The position numbers and the translations under genes were made by a program. The notes beneath the pieces were generated by a model. That model was not told the DNA's origin and did not search any database. It saw only the letters and a list, made by a program, of their open reading frames with translations. DNA of 60,857 bases. Source: Myxococcota bacterium. GTDB taxonomy: Bacteria > Myxococcota_A > Polyangia > Polyangiales > Houyiibacteriaceae. Where the stretch lies: the NCBI GenBank assembly GCA_039186435.1, contig JBCDAA010000003.1, positions 1-60,857 on the forward strand. The letters run 5' to 3'. This document shows positions 9,058 to 19,237 of this stretch, piece by piece (the stretch's first letter is position 1; every line of letters starts with the position of its first letter).

Positions 9058-11256
9058 TCAGAGCATCGGTTCGCAGACGTCGCGAAGAATGCGATCGCGC
9101 CCGACCGCGTCGGTGTCCGGGTTCATTCCGTCGAGATACATCTCGCCGCACTCCGGTGGAGCGAGGGGTCGAAGGAAGAATCCGCGCACCCGCGGGCAGA
9201 GTTCGAGGGCTGCTTCCTCCGCCGTTGCGAACGGACCCGCGATCCGGCGGAACTCCCACGGCGTTGCGGTCGTGCCCCCGCACGCGAGGGAGCTCAACGC
9301 CGGCGGCGGATCAAGGGTGTCTTCGTGGCGTACGGCCCAATAGCCTTTGTCGCGGGGAAAGTTGGTGACCTGCACGAGGTAGTAGCCCGTCGCAGGCGCC
9401 GACGAGGAGATCGGACGCCAGTCTCCGAGGTCCGAGCGGCAGTTGATCTCTGCGCTCTCGACGTCGAAAGAAGGCGGATAGTAGACGACCTCGAGGTTGC
9501 CGATTTCGCACGCCCCGACCGCCGTCGATTCGTCGCAGCGACTCGTGGACCAAACGCCGCCGCTGGCGGTGCAGTTGTCTTGCGTGGTCGCACCTTCGGC
9601 GAAGTGGTTCGTGCAAAGACGGCTCCCTCCGCAGGAACCGGCCACGCGGCGTCCGTTTCCACCACGTCCGCAGGTCGGTCCGTCGCGTCGCGCGCGGAGC
9701 GAAGGCGGGACCACGCGAAGGTGGAGCCAGCTTCGCGCAAGGCGCGGCCGGTTGGGGTTTGAGGCTTCGTCGGTCACGAGGGCGCGGACTTTGACGTAGA
9801 AGCCGAGCGGAAAGTTCGGCTGGCTACCGGTCATGAAGTCGTTGCCGACGACGAAGTCGCAGTCGGGGGCCAGGTAGACGACCGAGGTTCCCTCGTAGGG
9901 AGCGCCGCTGGTCGGAAGCACGACCTGCCCGCCGGCGCTGCGGCCGAGGAGCGCGTTGGTGGGCGGCGTGTACGCGTAGAAGTTCCCCGGAAGTGCGTGG
10001 TCCCAGGTCACCGTGAGCATGTCTCCGTCGGGATCTTCGGCGTCGACGGTCAGGACGGTCGCGCCGGGCGTTCGAGCGGGATCGCCGGGGGGCTCCTCGG
10101 TGGCGGTGACGCTCATCAACGCACCCATGCTGAGGTCGTGAGGGCCGGGGCCGAGCACCTCGCGGTCGGCAGTGAGGGCGTTGATCCGCGGGGGACGGTT
10201 TGACGCCGTAACCTCTACCACCACGTTGGCTTCCCCAAAGATGGCGGTGGGGCCGGCGCCCGCTTCGTAGGCGGTGAGGTAGATGATGTGACGTCCGATG
10301 GAGGTCGGCCGAAACGTCCATTCGAGGGTTTCACCGCGGGTTGTGCCGCTTCGGCCGCCGGCGATGAGCTGCCCACCCCGGGAGAGGTTCAAAAACCAAT
10401 CAACGCTGCCGGCGCTCGCGATCGCACCGCTGAGGGCGACGTCCTCACCGACTTTGACGCGGAGGGGCTCCGCTCTGAGCTGCGGCGTGGGCGCGTCGCA
10501 GCTGCTCATTGAGGGTTCCAACGTGAGTTCGACGTCTCCCGTCGTGAGGTCCGCGCGAGCGCAGCGAGGTCCGCTTCCAAAGTCGGCCTCGATGACATAG
10601 TTCCCGGGCGGCAGGTCGCGAGTGATGCGCTCCGCACCGATGCGGCGAGGGAACGCGGCTTCCTCGATGGCGATCACGCCGCTGTCGTCGACAAAGCCCC
10701 GCGCGCGAATCCGGACTTGGGGGGTTCCGCTCGCGGCTCGAAGTCCGAGCGTGCGAGTGTTGCGAAAGACCGCCCGGTAGCGCGAGAAGTGATCTGTTTG
10801 AAACTCGATCTCGCCTTCTCGCTCGGCGTCGGGGAGCAGGTAGCGGCCGGTACTCGCGAGCACCGAATCCCAACTTTGCGCGTCTTCGTTCCACACGCGT
10901 GCCTCAAGGGCATCGACCGGCGTGGTTTCCGGAACCGGGAGCAGCACCGTCACGGGCTCGAGGAACTCGGTGCCGTCCGGGAGAAGCTCGAGTACCGCAC
11001 CAACGCCCGCGCGACTGGAGGTGTCCGGCAGCCGACCCTCTCGGAGGCGAATGGTGGTCGGTTCGGAAAGGGCGCCCGGAGGCACGATGACCGACGCGCC
11101 GTAGAGAGGAGAGTTCGGGTTCGTGATGGAGGCAACGCCGCCCTGTTCGTCCATTCGGACTCTCGCGTCGACGTCCGGGGCGGGAAGTCCGGCGGTGATC
11201 CCCGGCGGGCTGCCGGTGCACCCGAGAAGCGCGAGCACGGCGAAGAGCCGGGTCAA
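9058..11256 (-). CDS. Large lipoprotein with a ZU5-like N-terminal domain and Cys-rich C-terminus
   Basis: Lipobox LLGC, ZU5-like [11 protein letters not shown]...[18 protein letters not shown]...TDHFSRY, Ig-like NRPPRI and AEDPDGD segments. Confidence 0.7.
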   Translation of the reverse strand: MTRLFAVLALLGCTGSPPGITAGLPAPDVDARVRMDEQGGVASITNPNSPLYGASVIVPPGALSEPTTIRLREGRLPDTSSRAGVGAVLELLPDGTEFLEPVTVLLPVPETTPVDALEARVWNEDAQSWDSVLASTGRYLLPDAEREGEIEFQTDHFSRYRAVFRNTRTLGLRAASGTPQVRIRARGFVDDSGVIAIEEAAFPRRIGAERITRDLPPGNYVIEADFGSGPRCARADLTTGDVELTLEPSMSSCDAPTPQLRAEPLRVKVGEDVALSGAIASAGSVDWFLNLSRGGQLIAGGRSGTTRGETLEWTFRPTSIGRHIIYLTAYEAGAGPTAIFGEANVVVEVTASNRPPRINALTADREVLGPGPHDLSMGALMSVTATEEPPGDPARTPGATVLTVDAEDPDGDMLTVTWDHALPGNFYAYTPPTNALLGRSAGGQVVLPTSGAPYEGTSVVYLAPDCDFVVGNDFMTGSQPNFPLGFYVKVRALVTDEASNPNRPRLARSWLHLRVVPPSLRARRDGPTCGRGGNGRRVAGSCGGSRLCTNHFAEGATTQDNCTASGGVWSTSRCDESTAVGACEIGNLEVVYYPPSFDVESAEINCRSDLGDWRPISSSAPATGYYLVQVTNFPRDKGYWAVRHEDTLDPPPALSSLACGGTTATPWEFRRIAGPFATAEEAALELCPRVRGFFLRPLAPPECGEMYLDGMNPDTDAVGRDRILRDVCEPML

Positions 11257-12320
11257 AAGAGCACTCCGACGTTGATCAAGGTCTGCCGAAGTACGGTGTT
11301 GATCGTCCGGCCGCCGGAGCTCGTGCGCTGCGCGTGGCGCAGCCAGCCGAGTTCAACGAGAACGCCGAACCCGGATGCGAAGTGGTACCGGCCGCCGAGC
11401 ACCCATCCGATGTTCCAGCCGCCGCGAACCTTACCGGAGTTGTCCGGGTGCGGAAGGTAGATGCTTCCGCCGACGGGGATGCCGGCGTAGACGTCGAGGT
11501 GGCCTCGAGGGAGATCGATCGGATAGCGACCACGGGGCATGAGGTTGAGGTCGACGTAGAAGTTTCGTTTGGCGCCCGCCGAGTTCGCCGAGTCGCTCTG
11601 CCACGCTGCCGCCGTAATCATCGGCGCAAGCGCGACGTAGCGATGGATGGGGATGTCCAGGCGCGCGTGAATCCCGAGGGTCGCGATCAGATCGTCCTTA
11701 AGGCCGGCAACTTGGATCCGTCCTCCCGCGCCCAGGTGAAACCCGATACCGAAGTGGTTGGCCATGATCGCCGCGTCGAAGGAATCGATCGCTTCTGGTT
11801 GCGCCACTGGCTGCGGGGCCGTTTGCGCAGGGGCCGTTTGCGCAGGTTGGGGCGCCGGCTGCACCGGCGGAGGCTGCGTTGGCTGAACAGGCTGCGCGGG
11901 CTGAACAGGCTGCGTTGGCTGAACAGGCTGCGTTGGCTGAACAGGCTGCGCGGGTTGAACAGGCTGCGCGGGTTGAACAGGCTGCGCTGGCTGAACAGGC
12001 TGCGCTGGTTGGACAGGCTGCGCTGGTTGAACAGGCTGCGCTGGTTGAACAGGGTGCGCCGGTTGAATCACGGGGGGAGCTGGATCGGGTGCCGGTTGGG
12101 CGGGTGGAGCAGGCGCCGCAGGAAGCGGCACGCACTCCGCCTGGTCGGTGCATTGAAACCCGCTCGGGCACGCGGGGTTGCACCGTGAGATGCAGGTGCC
12201 CTGGTGGCAGAAAAAGCCTCGGCGACACTCGGGAAAGCAAGCCTGTGCGTCGACGACCGAGGCCGCGCCAAACGTGATCCAAACGACGAGGGCAAGTCGC
12301 CCCCCCAACCCCTCAAACAT
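11253..12320 (-). CDS. Outer-membrane beta-barrel-like protein with a Cys-rich N-terminus and Pro/Gln linker
   Basis: Signal peptide, [25 protein letters not shown](A/T)Q repeats, amphipathic strands, and a terminal Phe (INVGVLF). Confidence 0.75.
   Translation of the reverse strand: MFEGLGGRLALVVWITFGAASVVDAQACFPECRRGFFCHQGTCISRCNPACPSGFQCTDQAECVPLPAAPAPPAQPAPDPAPPVIQPAHPVQPAQPVQPAQPVQPAQPVQPAQPVQPAQPVQPAQPVQPTQPVQPTQPVQPAQPVQPTQPPPVQPAPQPAQTAPAQTAPQPVAQPEAIDSFDAAIMANHFGIGFHLGAGGRIQVAGLKDDLIATLGIHARLDIPIHRYVALAPMITAAAWQSDSANSAGAKRNFYVDLNLMPRGRYPIDLPRGHLDVYAGIPVGGSIYLPHPDNSGKVRGGWNIGWVLGGRYHFASGFGVLVELGWLRHAQRTSSGGRTINTVLRQTLINVGVLF
11874..12053 (-). repeat. Coding 18-bp tandem repeat, about 10 x PVQP(A/T)Q
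   Basis: Seen directly in the DNA and in the translation. Confidence 0.85.
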
Positions 12321-12379
12321 GCTCCATCGTTAACTCAGACTGAAAAAATCCGCCTGAGCACATCTACTCAGATCTGGGC

Positions 12380-13921
12380 TCAGGTCATGATCGGAAGCGG
12401 GTCGGCGCAGCTCGCATCCATCGCGGCCTGGTCGTACTGCATCATCATCCAGCTGTGGTTCGGGCCCATGCCGCTGAACGCGCTGCGCCCAGGAACCTGC
12501 CACTCGGACCGCGGAATCCCGAACGCATCGAGGTAGGTCGTCGTCCACTGGAAGTAGCAGACGCCCGGACGTCGTCCGACGTGCGCGAGAACCTCCGCGC
12601 GTCGGCCATCGTCCGCGGGGTTGTTCTCGCGGTTTCGAAGGTCGAGGTAGTTGCCGGTCGTGATGGCGCCTCCGGCGCTTCCGGCTGCGACCACGGGAAT
12701 GGAGTCGCCGTTGTGGGTGACGCAACCAGCTTCCGGACTCCACCACACGAGGCTGTTGTCGAGCATCGTGCCTTCGCCCTCGAGAACGGCATCGAGTTTG
12801 CCGACGAGGTCGAGAAACGCGCCGCGAAAAAACGCCTGTGAGCTCCGAAGAAGCATGCCTCGAAGACGTTCCGCGAGCGCCGCGTCTTCGCGGGTCGGCG
12901 CCTGGTGTGCAACCTCGTGGTATCCGCCCGGGTAGGCGCGAACCTCTTCGGTGAAGGGATCGTTCACGCGGATGACGGCGACGCGGCTCGAGTCGCACAT
13001 GAAGCCGGCCATGATGACGTCGTTGTAGAGCTGGTAGTTGTCGCTGCCGTAGCGATCCCAGCGTCCTGGAAGATCATCGATGGGATCGACATCGTCGCAC
13101 GACGCGATCGGTGGCGTGATAAGGGCGGCCCGAATGTCGCTCAAGCGGTCCATGTACTGCGTGAGGCGACGGCGATCTTCGCTGCCCAGGCGGGCGCCGG
13201 CGCCGAACGCTCCCGACTGCAGGCGCGCATAGCTCTCGTAGATGGCGTTGATCGGCGGCTCGCGCATGGGCATCCCCTCGTCCGGCGTCGGCACGTACAC
13301 CGAATCGAAGACGGTCGCAGCGCTGACCTCTTCCGTTGGCTGAACGCCCCCCGCAGGACCACGGCTCCGATCGACGAGCTCGACGCTCAGGGCTTGGTTG
13401 CCGAAGTGGATCAAGCGGCGACGCGGAGGAGTTGCGTACACCGCGGTCGAATGGGCCATGACCTGATCGGCGGTTTCCTGGTCCGGCGGAAACTCGTCGT
13501 GGTTGTTCGACATGTCGCCGTAGTTCCCGAGCAGGTGTCGCGCGTGCCCGTAGTAAAAGGGCACGTCGAGCCCGCGGAAGAGGTTCATCTTGCTCGCGAT
13601 GGACTCGGTGAGAACACCGGCGGGCGCCCGGAGCGCTTCCGAGACCAACCGGTCGCCGTCTTCCATGCGCGGCGTAAGCGGCCCGCGATGACAGGTGTGA
13701 AGGGGATGCGAAAAGCTCGTGCTGGCCGCGGATTCGTCCGGGTACATATCCTGCTGCCACACGCCGCCGTGCTCGGTCATGAACATGACCATTCGCTTCG
13801 GGATCGCGGGTCCCTGCGCCTGCGTGCGGTTGCCGCGAATCAGACTGGGAAGGGCAGGGATGAGGAGCGACGCACCGCCCCCGAGAAGCATCCAACGTCG
13901 TCCAAACTTCCGTACCGTCAT
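12380..13921 (-). CDS. DUF1552-family protein (Tat-like N-terminus)
   Basis: GRRWMLLGGGASLLIPALPSL, PKRMVMF..HG, F.CDSSRV, and GTMLDNSLV...H....IPVV.AG, which are typical of DUF1552. Paired with the upstream DUF1592 gene. Confidence 0.85.
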   Translation of the reverse strand: MTVRKFGRRWMLLGGGASLLIPALPSLIRGNRTQAQGPAIPKRMVMFMTEHGGVWQQDMYPDESAASTSFSHPLHTCHRGPLTPRMEDGDRLVSEALRAPAGVLTESIASKMNLFRGLDVPFYYGHARHLLGNYGDMSNNHDEFPPDQETADQVMAHSTAVYATPPRRRLIHFGNQALSVELVDRSRGPAGGVQPTEEVSAATVFDSVYVPTPDEGMPMREPPINAIYESYARLQSGAFGAGARLGSEDRRRLTQYMDRLSDIRAALITPPIASCDDVDPIDDLPGRWDRYGSDNYQLYNDVIMAGFMCDSSRVAVIRVNDPFTEEVRAYPGGYHEVAHQAPTREDAALAERLRGMLLRSSQAFFRGAFLDLVGKLDAVLEGEGTMLDNSLVWWSPEAGCVTHNGDSIPVVAAGSAGGAITTGNYLDLRNRENNPADDGRRAEVLAHVGRRPGVCYFQWTTTYLDAFGIPRSEWQVPGRSAFSGMGPNHSWMMMQYDQAAMDASCADPLPIMT

Positions 13922-15651
13922 CAGTTCTCTCCTCGCACGCGAAAGCTAGGCTCCAGCACGACGGCCGTGAGGACCTCGGTCAGCGGTCGTCCCTCGTCGA
14001 TTCCTTCGTCGATGGTTCGCAGCAGGCATCCGTCTTCGACGAGGCGCTCCGTCCGGCCTGTCGTGAAGCGCACGTAGTGACGCGCAAAGCACGCGCCCAC
14101 CTTTTCGGAGTCGAAGAGCACCTGTCCGAGCTCTTCGCCGCCGCGGACCGGGTCGTTCGATTCGAAGATCGTGGTCTCGTCGTCGATCGGAAGTCTCGCG
14201 GTTTCAGTGCCCTCGGAATCGAAGAGGGGTTCATCGCTGCGGAGCTGGCCGATCGCGTCGAAGGCTTCCAGGGCGTAGCCGGTCGGGTTGATATTCCCGT
14301 GGCACTGGCTGCACCCAATGTCGGACGTGAGCGTTTCGGTCGCTTCCCGCGACCCGACCATCGTTCGATCGACCGCGGGAAGGTTGTCCATCGCGCCTCC
14401 TGGTGCCGGCGGAAGGTTGTCGCAGGTGATCTGGCGCCGGACGAACACTCCGCGGAGGATCGGGTGGGTGATCGAGTTGATGTCCGGGAGTGCTACCTCG
14501 GCGCGCGCGAGCAGGGTGCCGACGCGGGTGAGGATGCCGCGGCGTTCGGACGGCACCGCGACCGTCTCACCCTCCGTGGCCGGTTCGATGCCGTAGATGG
14601 AGGCGAGCACCGGATGCGTAGTCGTCGTGATCTCGGTGAGGAAGAAGTCTTCGAAGGTGCCTCCGGTGCGAAGCACGTGCAGGAAGATGTCGATGAGTTC
14701 GTTTTCGGCGGCGAGGTCAAAGGCCTCGTCGAGGTCGAGGTGGCCGGCGATCGCTTCGAAGTCTGCGCCCGTCCCGCTGCTTGCGGTGTTGATCTGGTCG
14801 AAGCGGAACCACTCTGTGAGCAGCGCGCGTACCGATCGGCGCGTCCGCGGATCCGCGACGACGCGAGCGACCTGCGCATCCCATCCTTCGGCGGTCAGGA
14901 TCGCACCGGACTCGGCGGCCGCAAAGAGTTCCTCATCCGGCATGGAGTCCCAGAGGTGGTAGCTGAGTCGGTTGGCCGCTTCGTAGGCGTCGAGTTCACC
15001 GGTGCCTTCGACGTGAAAAAGAAAGCGCGGCTGCGCGAAGAGGACGGCGATCACGTCGCGGAGGTCTTCAACGCTCACCGTATCTCCGGCTTGGTAGACC
15101 TCGTCGCGGTAGAAGGCGAACTCGTCATCAGCGACGGGACGGCGATGGGTGAGGGCGCCGAGGGTGCGAATGAAGTCGTCGATGCAGCCGCCGTCGGTCG
15201 CGCCGACGCTGAGGCAGTCGAAGCCCATCGCGGAGAGGCGTTCCGGCGTCGCGAGCGCGTTGCCCATCTCTTCCGCGAGGCGGTAGTGCGCCTCGACCGC
15301 GGAGTTGCCGATCGACTGGTCGGCGCGGAAGAACGCGAGCTGGCCTTCCTGCTGGTTCTCGTCGGTGGTTCGAAGGTCGTTGGGGAGCCCGCCAAGCCTC
15401 GTGTCGAGCTCTGCCATCACCGGGCCGGGATCGCCGAGGAGTCTTCGCAGCGTGTCCTCGATCGTGTTGAGGAGCTGGCTGCGACTGAGGCGCCGGAGGG
15501 GAGGATCCACGGGGACGAAGGAGTCACCGCATTCGAAGTCGACCTCGGCTTCGGTGAACTCGATGTCCTCAGGGGGCGTCCACTCCGGCGATGAGATGGT
15601 CCCCTCGCAGGCGAGGAGGAGGACGAGCGAATACCACCGCGAAACACGCAT
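13921..15651 (-). CDS. DUF1587/1592/1588/1595 multi-domain lipoprotein
   Basis: Lipobox LLAC, LRRLS....NTI, YEAANRLSYHLWDSMPDEEL, R.GILT, HPILRGVFV, and CSQCH..INP.G..LE.FD.IG..R. Confidence 0.85.
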   Translation of the reverse strand: MRVSRWYSLVLLLACEGTISSPEWTPPEDIEFTEAEVDFECGDSFVPVDPPLRRLSRSQLLNTIEDTLRRLLGDPGPVMAELDTRLGGLPNDLRTTDENQQEGQLAFFRADQSIGNSAVEAHYRLAEEMGNALATPERLSAMGFDCLSVGATDGGCIDDFIRTLGALTHRRPVADDEFAFYRDEVYQAGDTVSVEDLRDVIAVLFAQPRFLFHVEGTGELDAYEAANRLSYHLWDSMPDEELFAAAESGAILTAEGWDAQVARVVADPRTRRSVRALLTEWFRFDQINTASSGTGADFEAIAGHLDLDEAFDLAAENELIDIFLHVLRTGGTFEDFFLTEITTTTHPVLASIYGIEPATEGETVAVPSERRGILTRVGTLLARAEVALPDINSITHPILRGVFVRRQITCDNLPPAPGGAMDNLPAVDRTMVGSREATETLTSDIGCSQCHGNINPTGYALEAFDAIGQLRSDEPLFDSEGTETARLPIDDETTIFESNDPVRGGEELGQVLFDSEKVGACFARHYVRFTTGRTERLVEDGCLLRTIDEGIDEGRPLTEVLTAVVLEPSFRVRGEN

Positions 15652-15860
15652 CAGGAAGTAGGTGAAGGGTCTGCGAAAAGCGGGTCAAAAACGGCGCGGC
15701 TTTCGGAAAAATCGTTCGTGAGCGGAATCGCGTTCAGGGCGTTCGTGAGGAGACGGAGTTCGTCCCTTGGTCAGCGCCTCTCTCAGAAAGCGACGAACGT
15801 GAAGAACTCCGTCCCCTGATTCATAACCAAGTGATCTCAGGAGTTTGCACGTTACTTGGG

Positions 15861-17156
15861 TTAGCGGAAGTAGTTGCTCGGGACCGGGCCGCCCTTTCGA
15901 AAGTGGACTCGCCGACCGGCAGTTCGGCGCAGCGAGAGCTGGTCCTGGAGCGCTTCCGCGATGCGAACGACGTCGTCCGAGGCGCGCGCGGATCGATCGG
16001 TGGCGCTCGCCTCGAGGATCCGAGCCGCAATCTCCTCCGCCGGCGAGTCGTCCGGATCCGAGCGCTCTCCGGGACCCACCATCTGGGGCTCCCACGGTGC
16101 CGCAAGGTGTTGGTAGAGCAGCGTCGTGGCGTCGGGCGCATAGGGAAAGGGGTCGACCCACGCGGACGCGTGACTGAAGAGGAGCTGAGCTGGGCGGTGC
16201 TGGTGAAGAAGGCCAAGAAGCGCCGCGTCCCCAATGCGGTCGAGGTCGTACGCCACGATCAGGCCCGGCTCCTCCGAATGGTCTGCGAAGTTCACGCGCG
16301 GAAGATCGAGATGCTTGGCGAGCGCTCGCCCCAGGATGTCGCTCCCGCGATCCGGTAGCGCGAGAATCCGGGGGGGCCGAAGCGCCAGTGCGTCGAGGAC
16401 GAGCGACAGCGTTTCGATGCCTTCCCGAACGAGCCCGTGACTGTCGCCCAGATAGGCGTAGCGCCCGTGCATCGGCGAATCGTGTCCGTGGGGCGACTCG
16501 TGGAGAAGAAGTCCACCGTGCAGAACCGCGTGCCATCCGGTCAAGTCACGCGCGTCCAACGAGGTCGCCTCGCGAACAAGCGCACGCCGGTCGATCATCC
16601 CCGCGAGCGCATTCGCCATGAAGACGAGTGATTCGTTTCCGGCGGCTTGCGATTGAAGCGCAGGTAGGAGCGCCGCAGCCTCGTCGGCGTCGCCCTGCAT
16701 CAGAAGATGAAATCCGAGCAGGTAGCGAAGGTGCGGGTCGCGATCGGCAAGTCCTGAGTGCTGAAGGAAGAGCACCGCCTCCCCAAAGCGCATCTCTTGC
16801 TCCAGGCATGCGGCAAGCTCACTGAGGATCGCTTGCTGTCCGGGTGCGAGGGCGTTCGCCTTTGCGAGGTAGGTCGCGCCGACGTCGAAGAGGCGTTGTT
16901 CGTAGAGCGCGTACCCAGCGTCGTAGAGCGCTTGCGGGTCCGCCCCCGAGGCCGCTCGCTGGATGGTTTCCGCGAAGTCAGCGCCTGCGAACGCTCGGGA
17001 AACATCGACGAAGAGGGCGAACGCGCCAGCGAGCGTTTCTTCAGGGGCCGGAAAGGCCAGGAGGGGTCGAAGCGCGGAAAACGCCTCCTGCGCATTCCCC
17101 GCTGCCATCGCCGCTTTGGCTCGCGTCAGGCGTGCCTCCGACGTTTCGTCAGTCAT
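15861..17156 (-). CDS. TPR-containing hypothetical protein
   Basis: Probable ATG at 17156 (MTDETSEARL). TPR-like helices (DPQALYDAGYALYE). The longer track ORF overlaps the divergent gene. Confidence 0.7.
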   Translation of the reverse strand: MTDETSEARLTRAKAAMAAGNAQEAFSALRPLLAFPAPEETLAGAFALFVDVSRAFAGADFAETIQRAASGADPQALYDAGYALYEQRLFDVGATYLAKANALAPGQQAILSELAACLEQEMRFGEAVLFLQHSGLADRDPHLRYLLGFHLLMQGDADEAAALLPALQSQAAGNESLVFMANALAGMIDRRALVREATSLDARDLTGWHAVLHGGLLLHESPHGHDSPMHGRYAYLGDSHGLVREGIETLSLVLDALALRPPRILALPDRGSDILGRALAKHLDLPRVNFADHSEEPGLIVAYDLDRIGDAALLGLLHQHRPAQLLFSHASAWVDPFPYAPDATTLLYQHLAAPWEPQMVGPGERSDPDDSPAEEIAARILEASATDRSARASDDVVRIAEALQDQLSLRRTAGRRVHFRKGGPVPSNYFR

Positions 17157-17273
17157 TTCATGTCCGTACCACGCGCGGGTGGCCCGAGCGACGAGACTCG
17201 CTATGCTCCCGCGCCGGAGGCGAATACGCGCGGTCCATGCGCTGTTCCCCCGCCGAGGGACGCCGAGGGACGG

Positions 17274-19127
17274 ATGACGGACGAAGCAGCAGAAGCGCGT
17301 GAAGAAGCGCCGAAGAAGCGCCGAATGCCCAAGAAGAAGGGCAAGAAGAAGCCGTCGACGAAGAAGAAGACCAAGAAGAAGGTCGAGAGCGGCGGATCGA
17401 AGCCGGCGAGCGGCGCGGAGGGCGATCGCTACCTCTGTGTGCATTGTGGCCACAAGTTCATGGCGGAAGCGGAGCCCAAGCGCTGCCCTTCGTGCATGCG
17501 AAAAGGGGGCCTCGAGCTTCTGGAAGAAAAGAGCGGGGACCGAAAGACGTGGAAGGTCCCGGCGATCGTGCTCGGCGCTGTGGCGGTGATCGCGATCGGC
17601 TACGTCGCTTGGTCGCGGAGCACTCCGGATGCCGTCTCCGGTGAGGTTCCCCTGGAGCCGCTCTCCTTTTCGGAGCTGCGCGGTTACCTGCGAGACAAAG
17701 ACGCCGACGGAGACCACGCGCATCTCTTCGACGTGAACGACGCCATCGAAACGCTTGCCTCGAACGCGTCCGGCGACTCGCCGCAGGCAAAGGCAGAAGC
17801 GCTCACGTCGCACATTCGAAGTCGCTCGTCGGCTCGCGCGTTCGTGAACTGGGCGATGGACACCCCGCGCGATACGCCCGTGCACAACGCGGGCTGGGCG
17901 GCGGAGCAGCTCGCGACCGACGAGGGCGACGTGCAGCTCTATCCCCTGGAGGTCGCTGCTGCTGCGGTGGCCGCGCTTCGCGAAGAAGGCGTGGACGCGA
18001 TGGTCGCGGAGGTCTGGGGGTACCCGGGCGATCGCGTGCCGCCCGATCCCTCTGGGTTTCTCGGGTACTTCGCGGTGGCGGTCTACGACGGCGAAGTCGG
18101 CGAAGGCACGCCGACGATTCACGATCCCTACGGCGGTCACAGCACCCAGCCGGAAGAGGACTCCTATCGCGTCCTGAACGACGCGCAGGCCGCGGCCGCG
18201 ATGATGGGCATCGACGCGGTCTATCACCTCGTTCACGAAAACGATGCGGTGCGCGCCCTCGACCGCTCACGGCGGGCGCTTCGAGTGGACGAACGCGCGC
18301 CTTACCTCCGCACCGTTCAGGGAAAGGTTCTCGTGGCGGGCGCGGGCGTCCAGCAAGGGATCGAAGAGCTGCAGGCGGCTTCGCAGATTCGCCCGGACGC
18401 GCCGCGGCGAAACAACCTCGCCGGCGTGTTCGTCGTGATGAACGACGTGGACCAGGCGGCCCGGGAAGCCGCCGCCGCGCTTGAGCGCTTTCCGGATTTT
18501 GCGGCGGCGCACGCGACGCTCGCAGCCATTCACCTCGCCCAGGGCGAAAACGATCTCGCCCGCGGCGAACTCGTGATCGCCGAACGTCTCGAGCCGCGCC
18601 TTTTGAACCTGCCGATGCTTTGGGCGAACTATTACCTTCAGACCGGCGAGCAAATGCAGGCGGTGGGCAAAGCCCGCGAAGCGGTCGAGCGCAACCCGAA
18701 CAACTGGGAGACGCGTTTTCAGGCGGCGCGGCTTTACCGCATGGTGGGACGCTACGGTCCGATGCGGCGAGAGGCCCGCAAGATCATGGAGCTCGTTCAA
18801 CCCGAGCAGCAGGCCCTCGTGCGGCAGCGCATTCTTGAGCTCCTCGGACCGACGGCTCTCGAGGAAGAGGATGACGATCTTCTCGCGGACCTCGACGACG
18901 AGGATCTTGAGGACTTTGACGACGAGGACCTCGGAGGCGGCGGATCCCTCGAGCTCGAGTCGGAGCTCTTCGGTGGCGGCGGTGGTGAGACCGGGGGTCC
19001 TTCGCTTCTCGACGAGGAGCTCGGCGGCGGTGGCTTCGACCTCGGTGGTGGAGGCGGTGGCGCGGCCGGCGGGTTTCAGCTCGGCGGTGGCGGTGGCGGC
19101 GGTCTTCGCCTCAACCTGAACGAGTAG
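17274..19127 (+). CDS. Membrane-anchored zinc-ribbon / TPR protein with an acidic Gly-rich tail
   Basis: ATG at 17274 after GAGGGA. Lys-rich N-terminus, CVHC...CPSC, one TM helix, TPR repeats, and a D/E/G-rich tail. Confidence 0.75.
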   Translation: MTDEAAEAREEAPKKRRMPKKKGKKKPSTKKKTKKKVESGGSKPASGAEGDRYLCVHCGHKFMAEAEPKRCPSCMRKGGLELLEEKSGDRKTWKVPAIVLGAVAVIAIGYVAWSRSTPDAVSGEVPLEPLSFSELRGYLRDKDADGDHAHLFDVNDAIETLASNASGDSPQAKAEALTSHIRSRSSARAFVNWAMDTPRDTPVHNAGWAAEQLATDEGDVQLYPLEVAAAAVAALREEGVDAMVAEVWGYPGDRVPPDPSGFLGYFAVAVYDGEVGEGTPTIHDPYGGHSTQPEEDSYRVLNDAQAAAAMMGIDAVYHLVHENDAVRALDRSRRALRVDERAPYLRTVQGKVLVAGAGVQQGIEELQAASQIRPDAPRRNNLAGVFVVMNDVDQAAREAAAALERFPDFAAAHATLAAIHLAQGENDLARGELVIAERLEPRLLNLPMLWANYYLQTGEQMQAVGKAREAVERNPNNWETRFQAARLYRMVGRYGPMRREARKIMELVQPEQQALVRQRILELLGPTALEEEDDDLLADLDDEDLEDFDDEDLGGGGSLELESELFGGGGGETGGPSLLDEELGGGGFDLGGGGGGAAGGFQLGGGGGGGLRLNLNE

Positions 19128-19190
19128 CCTCTCCACCGAGCGCTGTGTCTGGTCGCCTTGCGAAGACGGAAGAATTCGTTGAACTCTTGC

Positions 19191-19207
19191 TGTTTACATT
19201 GTAAACA
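19191..19207. promoter_or_regulatory. Perfect 8-1-8 palindrome, candidate transcription-factor operator
   Basis: TGTTTACA-T-TGTAAACA in an AT-rich gap about 30 bp upstream of the CDS at 19238. Confidence 0.6.
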
Positions 19208-19237
19208 AAAGAAATCGAATCACGTCAAACCAGAAAC

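Noticed and set aside
17157-18236. N-terminal extension of the 15861-18236 ORF (and 16758-17273 of the opposite ORF)
   Set aside because: The extensions overlap the divergent gene. Better starts exist at 17156 (-) and 17274 (+).
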